Source of the DNA: Clostridiales bacterium UBA7568
GTDB taxonomy: Bacteria > Bacillota > Clostridia > Oscillospirales > CAG-272
Assembly: GCA_002479075.1 (NCBI GenBank)
Contig: DLLG01000020.1
Coordinates: 746 to 64,745 of the forward strand
Reading direction: 5' to 3'
DNA: 64,000 nt
The notes under the pieces were generated by a model. The model saw nothing but the letters and a program-made list of their open reading frames with translations, was not told the DNA's origin and made no database searches. The first letter of the stretch is position 1. Each line of letters begins with the position of its first letter. Shown piece after piece: positions 9,644 to 18,097 of the stretch. The translations under genes were made by a program, and so were the position numbers.

Positions 9644-10030
9644 TTATCCCGTCACGTTTTTTATATGTACAATTCCCTTTTCGGAAAGGGATTGCGCCCC
9701 GTCGTTTTCTTTTATATATACTTCGATTACGTCTATCCTCGGCTTTTTCGGGCATTTTGTCTCGTAAAGATACTGCCGCGCGCAGAGCGTCATATTTTCC
9801 AGCTTCTTTTTTGTGACAGCCGCCGCGGGTCTCCCGTAGCGCAGGGAAAACTCAGCGTCTGTCCTCGTCTTGACCTCAACAAAAAGGATTTCGCTCTCGT
9901 TTTCGCAGATGATGTCTGTCTCGATGTGTCCGAAATGGACGTTTCTTGCCGTTATCGAATATCCCTCTTTTTCAAGATATTCTGCGGCAAGATCCTCCCC
10001 GAAGGAACCGAATTTTCTGTTATTTTTCAT
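9644..10030 (-). CDS. YraN-family (UPF0102) endonuclease-like protein
   Basis: GEDLAAEYLEKEGY...ETDIICE...LFVEVKTR core. The first ATG is at 10030; the ORF-track start at 10051 is a TTG. Conserved position after rnhB. Confidence 0.8.
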   Translation of the reverse strand: MKNNRKFGSFGEDLAAEYLEKEGYSITARNVHFGHIETDIICENESEILFVEVKTRTDAEFSLRYGRPAAAVTKKKLENMTLCARQYLYETKCPKKPRIDVIEVYIKENDGAQSLSEKGIVHIKNVTG

Positions 10031-10634
10031 TGTTTTTCGCCCTGTCGACAAACGACAGAAAGCTCCTTCTGTGTTCCGGGCAAGGTCCGAGCCTTATGAC
10101 CGTCTCCATATGCGCCTTTGTCGGATAGCCTTTATGTATCGCAAAGCCGTATTCCGGATACTTTTTGTCAAGCTCCAGACACTGACGGTCTCTTGTCACC
10201 TTTGCGATTATCGAAGCCGCCGCAATCGACCAGCTCCTCGAATCGCCCTTGACAACCGTCTCAACCGGAATTTCAAATCCCTTTGCGCGGTTGCCGTCTA
10301 TAAGGGCAAAATCCGCCTTTTGCGGCAAAGCCTCAATTGCCCGCTTCATCGCAAGCATCGTTGCGCCGAGGATATTGTATTCGTCAATTTCCGCAGGGCT
10401 TGCCCAGGCAACCGCCCATATAGTCTTTTCCGTTATTATATCATATAGCTTTTCGCGCTTCTTTTCCGAGAGCTTTTTTGAATCGTCCAGCCCCTCGATT
10501 ATCAGCCCCTCGGGCATAATGACCGCGCCCGCTACGACGTTTCCCGCAAGCGGACCCCTGCCCGCCTCGTCAACGCCGCAGATGCTCGTATAGCCCTTTT
10601 CGCGCAAAGCGTTTTCAAATTCGTAGCTCGGCAT
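10020..10634 (-). CDS. rnhB: Ribonuclease HII
   Basis: GVDEAGRGPLAGNVV, DDSKKLS and IAAASIIAK motifs. TAATG overlap with the rbgA stop. Confidence 0.95.
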   Translation of the reverse strand: MPSYEFENALREKGYTSICGVDEAGRGPLAGNVVAGAVIMPEGLIIEGLDDSKKLSEKKREKLYDIITEKTIWAVAWASPAEIDEYNILGATMLAMKRAIEALPQKADFALIDGNRAKGFEIPVETVVKGDSRSWSIAAASIIAKVTRDRQCLELDKKYPEYGFAIHKGYPTKAHMETVIRLGPCPEHRRSFLSFVDRAKNNEK

Positions 10635-11506
10635 TATTTTCTCCTCGGCCTTTCAAACGATATTCTTCCCATTTTCCCGCCGCGCAGCTCGTCAAGAAGC
10701 ATTTTCGCCGTGCGCGAAAAGTCAACCTCGCCCCCGCGGACAAGAAATCCTCTCTTTTTGCCGATGGCTTCAACCGTCTCCCAAGGCTGCGTCTCCTCGG
10801 AAACCGCTTCCTCGCTTATGCCGTATCTTTCTATGAGCAGACGGGGATAAATATTCTTCATCCTGTCGCAAAGGACGGTCGCAAGCTCGTCCGTATCCAT
10901 AATATCGTCCTTGATTGCGCCCGTTATCGCAAGATTTTCGCCGACTCTGCGCTCATCGAACTTCGGCCACAAGACTCCCGGCGTATCGAGCAGATCAATG
11001 CCGATCGAAGTCGTCACCCATTGCTTGTTGAGCGTAACACCCGGTCTGTCCTCAACCTTTGCTTTTTTGTCCGCCGCAAGACGGTTTATAAGCGAGCTTT
11101 TGCCGACATTCGGAATACCGACGATCATCGCGCGCAGATGTCTGCCCTCCATCCCCTTGCCCTGCCAGCTTTGCAGCTTTTCCGCGCAGAGCCTGCGGGC
11201 AGCAGGAGCGATTTCCGAAATGCCCTCGCCGGTCTTGCAGTCATAAAAGAGGGCGTTCTCGCCGTTCTCCGCAAAATATCTTTTCCATTCCGCCGTAACG
11301 GAAGGATCCGCCTGCGAGCATTTGCTCAGAAGCACAAGGCGGGGCTTTGCGTCCGTCAGCCGCTTGATTTCGGGGTTCGCGGACGAAAGCGGTATCCTGC
11401 TGTCGCGTATTTCAATCGTCATATCTACTTTTTTCAGGTTTTCCGCAATCATACGGCGGGTCTTCGCCATATGTCCGGGAAACCATTGGATCTGTGTAGA
11501 CGGCAT
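10634..11506 (-). CDS. rbgA: Ribosome biogenesis GTPase A (YlqF/RbgA), circularly permuted GTPase
   Basis: QWFPGHMAK start, with permuted order of LSKCSQAD (NKxD-like) followed by GIPNVGKSSLIN and DTPG. Confidence 0.93.
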   Translation of the reverse strand: MPSTQIQWFPGHMAKTRRMIAENLKKVDMTIEIRDSRIPLSSANPEIKRLTDAKPRLVLLSKCSQADPSVTAEWKRYFAENGENALFYDCKTGEGISEIAPAARRLCAEKLQSWQGKGMEGRHLRAMIVGIPNVGKSSLINRLAADKKAKVEDRPGVTLNKQWVTTSIGIDLLDTPGVLWPKFDERRVGENLAITGAIKDDIMDTDELATVLCDRMKNIYPRLLIERYGISEEAVSEETQPWETVEAIGKKRGFLVRGGEVDFSRTAKMLLDELRGGKMGRISFERPRRK

Positions 11507-11526
11507 ATATTGCCTTCCTCTCTTTT

Positions 11527-12183
11527 TTAATTTACCGCCGATTTTACGGCGCCTATCTTGTTCAGCGGGAACAGTCTGAAAACAACCTTGCCGAGAACCT
11601 CGTTTTCGCGGACAAGCCCGACGTATGTGCTTCTGCTGTCAGAGGATTCGTTGCGGTTATCGCCCATAACGAATATATATCCCTCCGGCACAGTCATCAC
11701 GTCGCCGTCAAGATATGTCTCGTATATGGAATAATAGTCCTCCTTGTCCATCGCGGAGTTTCTGAAATATACATATCCGCTTTCGTCAAGGAGCTTCCCG
11801 TCAACTCTGACCTCCCATTTTTCAAAATTGATCGAAAGGGTCTGCCCGCCCGTTGCAATAACTCTCTTGACAAGCGGCGTTTCGAAATACCCGCCGTTCT
11901 GCTGAACAACGACTATATCTCCCTGCGTCGGCGTATAGAACATATTGCTTATTATAAGCAGCTGCCCGTCCGAAAGCGTCTTTTCCATAGACCTTCCGCG
12001 GACCGTCGCAACACGCAGTATAAACGAAAGCATAACAACGACGATCGCCAGCGCAGAGACAAAAACCTCCGTCCAGTCATAGACGTCCGCCCTGAATTTA
12101 TCCTTTTTTTCAAGCTCGGTCTCCTCGCTTCCGCCGAGACCGTTTTCAATATTATCGTTCATAATATCCTCCGAAAAAATCAT
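11527..12183 (-). CDS. lepB: Signal peptidase I
   Basis: N-terminal TM, GRSMEKTL (catalytic Ser box), KRVIATGGQ and GDNRNESSDSR boxes. Confidence 0.92.
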   Translation of the reverse strand: MIFSEDIMNDNIENGLGGSEETELEKKDKFRADVYDWTEVFVSALAIVVVMLSFILRVATVRGRSMEKTLSDGQLLIISNMFYTPTQGDIVVVQQNGGYFETPLVKRVIATGGQTLSINFEKWEVRVDGKLLDESGYVYFRNSAMDKEDYYSIYETYLDGDVMTVPEGYIFVMGDNRNESSDSRSTYVGLVRENEVLGKVVFRLFPLNKIGAVKSAVN

Positions 12184-13523
12184 TTTCCCGTTTCGTTTTT
12201 TATTCCGTCGCCCGTCCAGATGCAGAGCACAAGCATAACTATGCTCAAAAGCAGCCTCAGCACCCAGCCCATAGAAAACAGAGTGTTTATGTCTCCAAAC
12301 GGAGCCGCAACAACGGAGACAACCGTCGCAAAGGCATATATTGTCTCAAAAACAAACGCAGCCGTCGCGCGCCTTTTCAGCTTTTTCTTTATCTCCGCAT
12401 CCTGCTTGCCGGAAATCACATCCTCCCCGCTCCAGCCGACGCATTTTTCCGTCATATCGCAGATGCCCTGCCGCAGAGCGGAAAATATCATTATAATCAA
12501 CGCCATCGAAACCGTCTCCGCAATCGCATAAGGCAGAAACGCAGGTAAAAAGCCCTCTGCCTCATATGGATACAGCCTGCCGAAAAACCCTTCGGCATAA
12601 ACACAGCCGAAGATCATTGAAGCCGCAGAGACCGCCGAAAACGCACCGCAAAGAATATAAAGCTTCTTTTTGCCGGCGGAAAAGAGCTCTCCGGCGCAGG
12701 CAATCGCAACCGCCGTTATTATTCCGAACACAAACTCCGGTATCAGCGGCTTTCCCCCGAACGGCACACCGCAGAGGAAGGGTATCGCCGCCGCGCTTAC
12801 GGCGGCAAAACGACGGACGCTTCTCTTTTTTTGCAGAGAGGTGTTCGCTGCAATCTCGGCATTGTATTTTTCCTGCGCAAAAGAGACAAACTCCTCATCC
12901 GAGCGAAGCTCCCTCATACATTTCAGCGAGGTGACAAGCCAGACAATTCCGAGGACAAGCGAGACAACGGCGCACATAACCGTCATAACCCTTACGGCGG
13001 AATCGACACTCGCCGCCCCTCCTCCGGAGACGATCTCCTCTTCCTTTTTTTCAAAAAACAGCGGCACGCAAAGCGGCAATATTGCAAGAGCAGAGCGGGC
13101 AATCATAAATATTTCCGAAAATACGCCCGCTCCGGAGAATGCCTCCTCGTCTCCTCTGTCGCAAAGGCGGATGCGCAGATCGTCCATTCCGGAAAAGAGC
13201 TTTTTCATCGCAGGGACGATGAATATACATTCCAGAAGCCATACGGCGATCGCAAGCGAGAGCTTTGTAAAATCGTCCGCCGAGGGCGAAAAGAACATTG
13301 CAAAAAATCCGAAAAGACTGACCCAAGCCGCCTTTTCAAAGCCTTTTTTCGCTTCGTAAAGCTCAAGAAGAAGATCCGAGTATTTTCTGAGCCCGCCGAG
13401 TATCAGCATAATACCGAAAATATCCGGCAGAACGTCGATTATGTTTATGCAGGGGTTGAAAAGGAAAATCATACCGACGGAGATCATCCGAAGACCCGAA
13501 GTTCTCCTTTTGGATTCCGTCAT
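12180..13523 (-). CDS. Polytopic membrane protein of unknown function (paralogous N-terminal module with 13520..14182)
   Basis: About 10 or more hydrophobic segments. N-terminal motif IFLFNPCINIIDVLPDIFGIMLILGGL. ATGA overlaps with both neighbours. Confidence 0.7.
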   Translation of the reverse strand: MTESKRRTSGLRMISVGMIFLFNPCINIIDVLPDIFGIMLILGGLRKYSDLLLELYEAKKGFEKAAWVSLFGFFAMFFSPSADDFTKLSLAIAVWLLECIFIVPAMKKLFSGMDDLRIRLCDRGDEEAFSGAGVFSEIFMIARSALAILPLCVPLFFEKKEEEIVSGGGAASVDSAVRVMTVMCAVVSLVLGIVWLVTSLKCMRELRSDEEFVSFAQEKYNAEIAANTSLQKKRSVRRFAAVSAAAIPFLCGVPFGGKPLIPEFVFGIITAVAIACAGELFSAGKKKLYILCGAFSAVSAASMIFGCVYAEGFFGRLYPYEAEGFLPAFLPYAIAETVSMALIIMIFSALRQGICDMTEKCVGWSGEDVISGKQDAEIKKKLKRRATAAFVFETIYAFATVVSVVAAPFGDINTLFSMGWVLRLLLSIVMLVLCIWTGDGIKNETGK

Positions 13524-14182
13524 TTTTTCTCCTCCTTATCCTTGTTTTTCTTTTTTTCGATTATATCAAACGGGGTTGGAATTTTGTGCGCCTTGTCAGG
13601 CATATCCTCTTCCCCCTCAAGACATATCCAGCGATAACAGGAGAGCAGGAGCGCGAGCATATAGCAAACGAACAGTACCTCCGCTATATAGCCTATGCGG
13701 AGCGTCCAGCTGAGCGTCCCGCTTATCGCCTCCCCTTCCGCCTTCGACGATATTGCGCCGACCGCGCCCGACCAGGCAAGCCGCCCGCCGAGTAGCATCA
13801 GTACCGCAAGCGGCACCGCAGCCGCCCCTCTGAGGCGGATTTTCGGAAGCTCGGTCTCCGTCGCAATTTTTGAAATCGAGAGCGACAGGTTCACAGCATA
13901 TGCGCAGAGGAACACCGCATACGAAATTCGCAGCACCTCGCCGACGGCGGAGGCGGAGATAATATCCAGCCAGCAGAACATCTGATATGCCCAGCTGACA
14001 AGCGAAAACAAAACTCCGAACATCGCAAGGCGTCTCGTCAGATCAAAGCAACGGCAGTGCTTATATGCGCAGGAAAGCCCCTTCAGCATTATCAAAAAGC
14101 CGATGAAATCCGGCATTATATCAACATTTCCGATCGTCGGGAACATAAAGAGCCAGCCGAGCAGCATCCATCCGAAGCCCAT
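13520..14182 (-). CDS. Membrane protein of unknown function with Lys/Glu-rich C-terminal tail
   Basis: Motif WLFMFPTIGNVDIMPDFIGFLIMLKGL and about 6 hydrophobic segments. Lies 18 nt downstream of secA. Confidence 0.7.
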   Translation of the reverse strand: MGFGWMLLGWLFMFPTIGNVDIMPDFIGFLIMLKGLSCAYKHCRCFDLTRRLAMFGVLFSLVSWAYQMFCWLDIISASAVGEVLRISYAVFLCAYAVNLSLSISKIATETELPKIRLRGAAAVPLAVLMLLGGRLAWSGAVGAISSKAEGEAISGTLSWTLRIGYIAEVLFVCYMLALLLSCYRWICLEGEEDMPDKAHKIPTPFDIIEKKKNKDKEEKK

Positions 14183-14200
14183 AATTCTTCCTCCGTTTTA

Positions 14201-16930
14201 TCAGTTGTCCGAGCCTGCGTTTCTTCCGCAGCACTGCTTGTATTTCTTTCCGCTGCCGCAGGGGCAGGGATCGTTTCTGCCAATCTTTTCAGAGCTCTTT
14301 TTGACGACGGGCTGTCGCTTTTCGCCCTTTCCGCCTATATTTTTCAGCCCTGCATTCTTTGCAACGGCAGCCGCTCTGTTTTTCATTTCCTGCGCGGGAA
14401 CGGCAAAGATTACGAATTTGACCGTCTCCTCGCGTATCTTTTCAACCATCTCGTCAAACATTTCGCTGCCTGCGATACGGTATTCCGTTATCGGGTTGCG
14501 CTGGGCAAGATACGAAAGACCGACGCCGTCGCGAAGATCGTCCATAGCGTCGAGATGCTCCATCCAGGCTCTGTCAACGGCGCGCAGAAGTGCCCAGCGG
14601 ATAACATCGCCGATCTTGTCTCCGAAGACGGTCTTCTGATGCTCATATGCGGAGCTTATTCTGCCGGAGAGAAGCTTTTCAAGCCCGTCTCTCGTTATGT
14701 CGCCGTCCTTATATCCCTGCTCCTCCTTCGAAAGAAGCCAGAAGAGGCGTTCCTTTGCGGCAGAAAGGTCAAAATGCCCGTCAAACTCGCAGAGGTCAAG
14801 GGCGGAGGGAACAACGCTCCCCGCCATCTCCTCAAAGGTGCCCGTCATATCCTTGCCGTCAAGAACCTCTCTGCGCTGCTTGTATATAACGGCTCTCTGC
14901 TGGTTCATTACGTCGTCATATTCGAGGACGGTCTTTCTTCTGTTGAAGTTTTCGCCCTCAAGTCTCTTCTGCGACGACTCTATCGTGTTTGAAATTATCT
15001 TCGCCTCGATCGGCTCGTCGTCCGGAAGACCGAGCCTGTCAACTATGCCGATGACCCTGTCCGAGCCGAACAGGCGCATCAGATCGTCTTCAAGCGAGAG
15101 GAAAAATCTGCTCTCGCCGGGGTCACCCTGACGTCCGGAACGACCGCGGAGCTGGTTATCGATTCGCCTGCTCTCGTGTCTCTCCGTGCCGAGGATAAAC
15201 AGCCCTCCCGCCTCGCGGACCTTGTCTGCTTCGGGAGCAATCTCCTCCCTGAATCTGACAAGCGACTCTCTGTAAAGCTTTCTCGCCTCGCGGACGTTAT
15301 CGTCAATATTCTCGCTCATTCCCGTCGCAAGGGAGATAACGTCGTCCTCATAGCCGGCTTTTTTCAGCTCGTTTTTCGCAAGGAACTCCGCGTTGCCGCC
15401 GAGCATTATATCCGTACCTCTGCCCGCCATATTGGTTGCGATTGTAACAGCGCCGTATTTTCCCGCCTGCGCAATTATCTCCGCCTCCCGCTTGTGCTGC
15501 TTTGCGTTGAGAACGTTGTGCGCAATGCCCTCTTTTTTCAGGAGGGCGGAAAGCACCTCGGATTTTTCAACAGAAACCGTACCGACGAGAACAGGCTGCC
15601 CTTTTTCGTGGCAGGTTTTTATCTGCCTGATTATTGCGCGGTATTTCGCTTCCGTGTTTTTATAAACAACGTCGTTGCGGTCAATTCTTATCATCGGCTT
15701 GTTCGTCGGCACTTCGACAACGTCCAGCCCGTAAATCTCGCGGAATTCGCTCTCCTCCGTCAGAGCCGTACCGGTCATACCGGAGAGCTTTGAATAAAGG
15801 CGGAACAGATTCTGATAGGTTATAGTTGCAAGGGTCTGGTTTTCGTTCTGAATATCAACCTTTTCCTTTGCCTCGATTGCCTGATGCAAGCCGTTTGAAA
15901 AACGTTTCCCGGGCATAATTCTTCCCGTAAACGAATCGACTATCATAACCTTCCCGTCCGCAACAACGTAGTCAACGTCTCTTTTCATAACGCCGTGTGC
16001 GTGGAGAGCCTCGTTTATATAGTGATAGAGGGAGTTGTTTTCGGGGTCGGAAAGGTTTTCAACCTCAAAAAAGCTCTCTGCCTTTGCAATGCCCCTTGAG
16101 GTCAGAGTTGCCTTTTTGCCCTTCTCATCGACGATGTAATCCTCCGTAACATCCTCGTTATCGCTCTTTGTATCCATCTCCTTTACAACCTTTGCGCGCA
16201 GGCGACGGACAAACGCATCCGCTTTTTTGTATATATCGTTCGGCTTTTCGCCCATACCGGAGATGATAAGCGGCGTTCTCGCCTCGTCTATGAGGATCGA
16301 GTCAACCTCGTCGACTATCGCAAAATTGAGTTCTCTCTGAACAAGCGCACTCTTATCGACAGCCATATTGTCGCGAAGATAATCGAAGCCGAACTCGCTG
16401 TTCGTTCCGTAAGTAATGTCGGCTGCATATGCCCTCTGCTTTTCCTCTGTTGTCTGCTCCTGAAGAATAAGCCCCGTCGAAAGACCGAGGAAACCGTAAA
16501 CCTTGCCCATCTCCTCGCTGTCGCGGCGGGCAAGATATTCGTTGACCGTAACTATATGCACGCCCTTTCCCGTCAGAGCGTTGAGGTATGCGGGCATAGT
16601 TGCAACGAGCGTCTTTCCTTCGCCCGTTTTCATCTCCGCAATTCTTCCCTGATGAAGAATTATTCCGCCGAGTATCTGAACCCTGTACGGCTTTTTTCCG
16701 ATGGCTCTCGCCGCCGCCTCTCTGACAGCCGCAAACGCCTCCGGCAGAATATCGTCAAGAGTCTCGCCTGCGGCAAGTCTCTTTCTGAATTCTGGCGTGA
16801 CGGAGGAAAGCTCGCCGTCCGTCATAGCGGCGTACTTGTCCGAAAGAGCGTCCGTTTTATCAACGATCGGCATCAGCTTTTTTATCTGCCTGTCACTGTA
16901 TGTTCCGAAGATTTTTTCAATCAAAGACAT
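14201..16930 (-). CDS. secA: Preprotein translocase ATPase SecA
   Basis: MKTGEGKTLVA Walker A, DEVDSILIDEARTPLIISG, GRQGDPG, and C-terminal zinc motif CPCGSGKKYKQCCG. Confidence 0.98.
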   Translation of the reverse strand: MSLIEKIFGTYSDRQIKKLMPIVDKTDALSDKYAAMTDGELSSVTPEFRKRLAAGETLDDILPEAFAAVREAAARAIGKKPYRVQILGGIILHQGRIAEMKTGEGKTLVATMPAYLNALTGKGVHIVTVNEYLARRDSEEMGKVYGFLGLSTGLILQEQTTEEKQRAYAADITYGTNSEFGFDYLRDNMAVDKSALVQRELNFAIVDEVDSILIDEARTPLIISGMGEKPNDIYKKADAFVRRLRAKVVKEMDTKSDNEDVTEDYIVDEKGKKATLTSRGIAKAESFFEVENLSDPENNSLYHYINEALHAHGVMKRDVDYVVADGKVMIVDSFTGRIMPGKRFSNGLHQAIEAKEKVDIQNENQTLATITYQNLFRLYSKLSGMTGTALTEESEFREIYGLDVVEVPTNKPMIRIDRNDVVYKNTEAKYRAIIRQIKTCHEKGQPVLVGTVSVEKSEVLSALLKKEGIAHNVLNAKQHKREAEIIAQAGKYGAVTIATNMAGRGTDIMLGGNAEFLAKNELKKAGYEDDVISLATGMSENIDDNVREARKLYRESLVRFREEIAPEADKVREAGGLFILGTERHESRRIDNQLRGRSGRQGDPGESRFFLSLEDDLMRLFGSDRVIGIVDRLGLPDDEPIEAKIISNTIESSQKRLEGENFNRRKTVLEYDDVMNQQRAVIYKQRREVLDGKDMTGTFEEMAGSVVPSALDLCEFDGHFDLSAAKERLFWLLSKEEQGYKDGDITRDGLEKLLSGRISSAYEHQKTVFGDKIGDVIRWALLRAVDRAWMEHLDAMDDLRDGVGLSYLAQRNPITEYRIAGSEMFDEMVEKIREETVKFVIFAVPAQEMKNRAAAVAKNAGLKNIGGKGEKRQPVVKKSSEKIGRNDPCPCGSGKKYKQCCGRNAGSDN

Positions 16931-17141
16931 TTATTTTTTGCTCCTTTGAGAGTTATTTTTGAATTTTTCCGATAGTTACACATTTTGATACAGAATATAT
17001 TATACTATATATCTCCTGCGAATACCATATAAAATTGTTAAAAAAATCAAAACTTTGCCCGTTGCAGACCCGTTTTCCGCCGCGACCTTCAGGGCTTTGA
17101 CGTTTTTCCGATAAATTTTCGAACATTTGTTCGGAAATCTC

Positions 17142-17170
17142 TTTACAAACGACGAAAAATATGGTATAAT
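17142..17170 (+). promoter_or_regulatory. Sigma-A-type promoter with extended -10
   Basis: TTTACA (17142-47), 17 nt, TGgTATAAT (17162-70). Confidence 0.55.
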
Positions 17171-17258
17171 AGGGGAGCAATCGGAAAGATTGCTTTGCGT
17201 GCAACCCTTACCGAAAAGATTTTCGCACGCGAGCGGGGAAAAACCAAGGCGAAAGCGG

Positions 17259-17591
17259 GTGATCCCTCTGGGAGACTTTATCTCAGAAAAAGAAGAAAAC
17301 ATTTCTCCCTCGCAGGGAGAGCGCATTGTCAAGATCGAGGAGCGGGAGAAGATCAATTCACACAGGATCGATAAGCTCGAAGCCCTCGCCAATGCGATAA
17401 ACAGTCAGAACGAAAACATAACCCGTCTTGTCATTCAGCTTGAGGAAGCAAACCGCAGGCTCGAAAATCAGGACGAGCGGCTTTGCGATATAGAAAAGCG
17501 TCCTCTCATCAGGTTTGCCTCGGTCGTAAAGGCGGTCATATCCGCAGTTGCGGGGGCGATTGCGGGTGCGCTTTTCAGCCTGCTTTTTTAA
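17259..17591 (+). CDS. XhlA-like coiled-coil protein with C-terminal TM anchor (start uncertain)
   Basis: Heptad-like segment KIEEREKINSHRIDKLEALANAINSQNENITRLVIQLEEANRRLENQDERL, then TM segment VVKAVISAVAGAIAGALFSLLF. The ORF contains no ATG. GTG at 17259 is the first start downstream of the predicted promoter that has an AAGG-type SD. Confidence 0.5.
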   Translation: MIPLGDFISEKEENISPSQGERIVKIEEREKINSHRIDKLEALANAINSQNENITRLVIQLEEANRRLENQDERLCDIEKRPLIRFASVVKAVISAVAGAIAGALFSLLF

Positions 17592-17645
17592 AACTACGGA
17601 AAGGAGAAAATCTCCGCCGTAGCAAAGCGGCGGAGTCGTTATGTT

Positions 17646-17966
17646 ATGCTTGAATTTATATCGGAGTATTGGCTTTTGGCAGTTGCTCTCGCCGCGTTTG
17701 CGGCAGCGATGGTCATTCTTGTCCGCAAGGGCTACACAAGAGAGGCGAAGGCGATTGCGCTTTCGCTTGTCGCAGGAGCGGAGGAGCGGTTCGGAAGCGG
17801 TACGGGAGAGATAAAATATTCGGCGGTTGCGGCGGCGCTGTACAGTCGGCTGCCGTATGCGGCAAGGCTCCTGATTGACGAAAAAACGATCTCGTCAATC
17901 ATCGAGGAAGCCGTCCGCAAGCTGAAAAAGTATCTTTCGGAAGAAGAAAAAGTTTCTGACAAATGA
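17646..17966 (+). CDS. LL-H-family phage-holin-like protein
   Basis: 106 aa. Single N-terminal TM (YWLLAVALAAFAAAMVILV), then a charged helical tail containing G.GEIKY...IIEEAVRKLK, as in Holin_LLH proteins. Confidence 0.55.
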   Translation: MLEFISEYWLLAVALAAFAAAMVILVRKGYTREAKAIALSLVAGAEERFGSGTGEIKYSAVAAALYSRLPYAARLLIDEKTISSIIEEAVRKLKKYLSEEEKVSDK

Positions 17967-17967
17967 T

Positions 17968-17996
17968 AAAAAACGGTGCCTTGCGCACCGTTTTTT
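17968..17996 (+). terminator. Intrinsic terminator after the holin-like gene
   Basis: Stem cggtgc/gcaccg (17974-79/17985-90) followed by TTTTTT. Confidence 0.75.
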
Positions 17997-18097
17997 GCTT
18001 ATAAAGGCTCAAAAGACAAAACGGAGCGATACATCCCCTTTTCTTTCCTTTGTCCATAAGTCGAAGAATGTCATATTATGTAGAGGAGGTGATTTCC

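Noticed and set aside
17127-17258. The 5' extension of the XhlA-like ORF back to the TTG at 17127 (154-aa version in the track).
   Set aside because: The extended -10 consensus promoter at 17142-17170 lies inside this extension. The extra residues are not coiled-coil-like, and there is no SD before 17127. Either start remains unproven.
16931-18050. Prophage remnant or mobile element around the XhlA-like/holin-like pair.
   Set aside because: There is no integrase, recombinase, att-like direct repeat, tRNA target or other phage gene in the flanks. Composition is similar to the neighbouring core genes.
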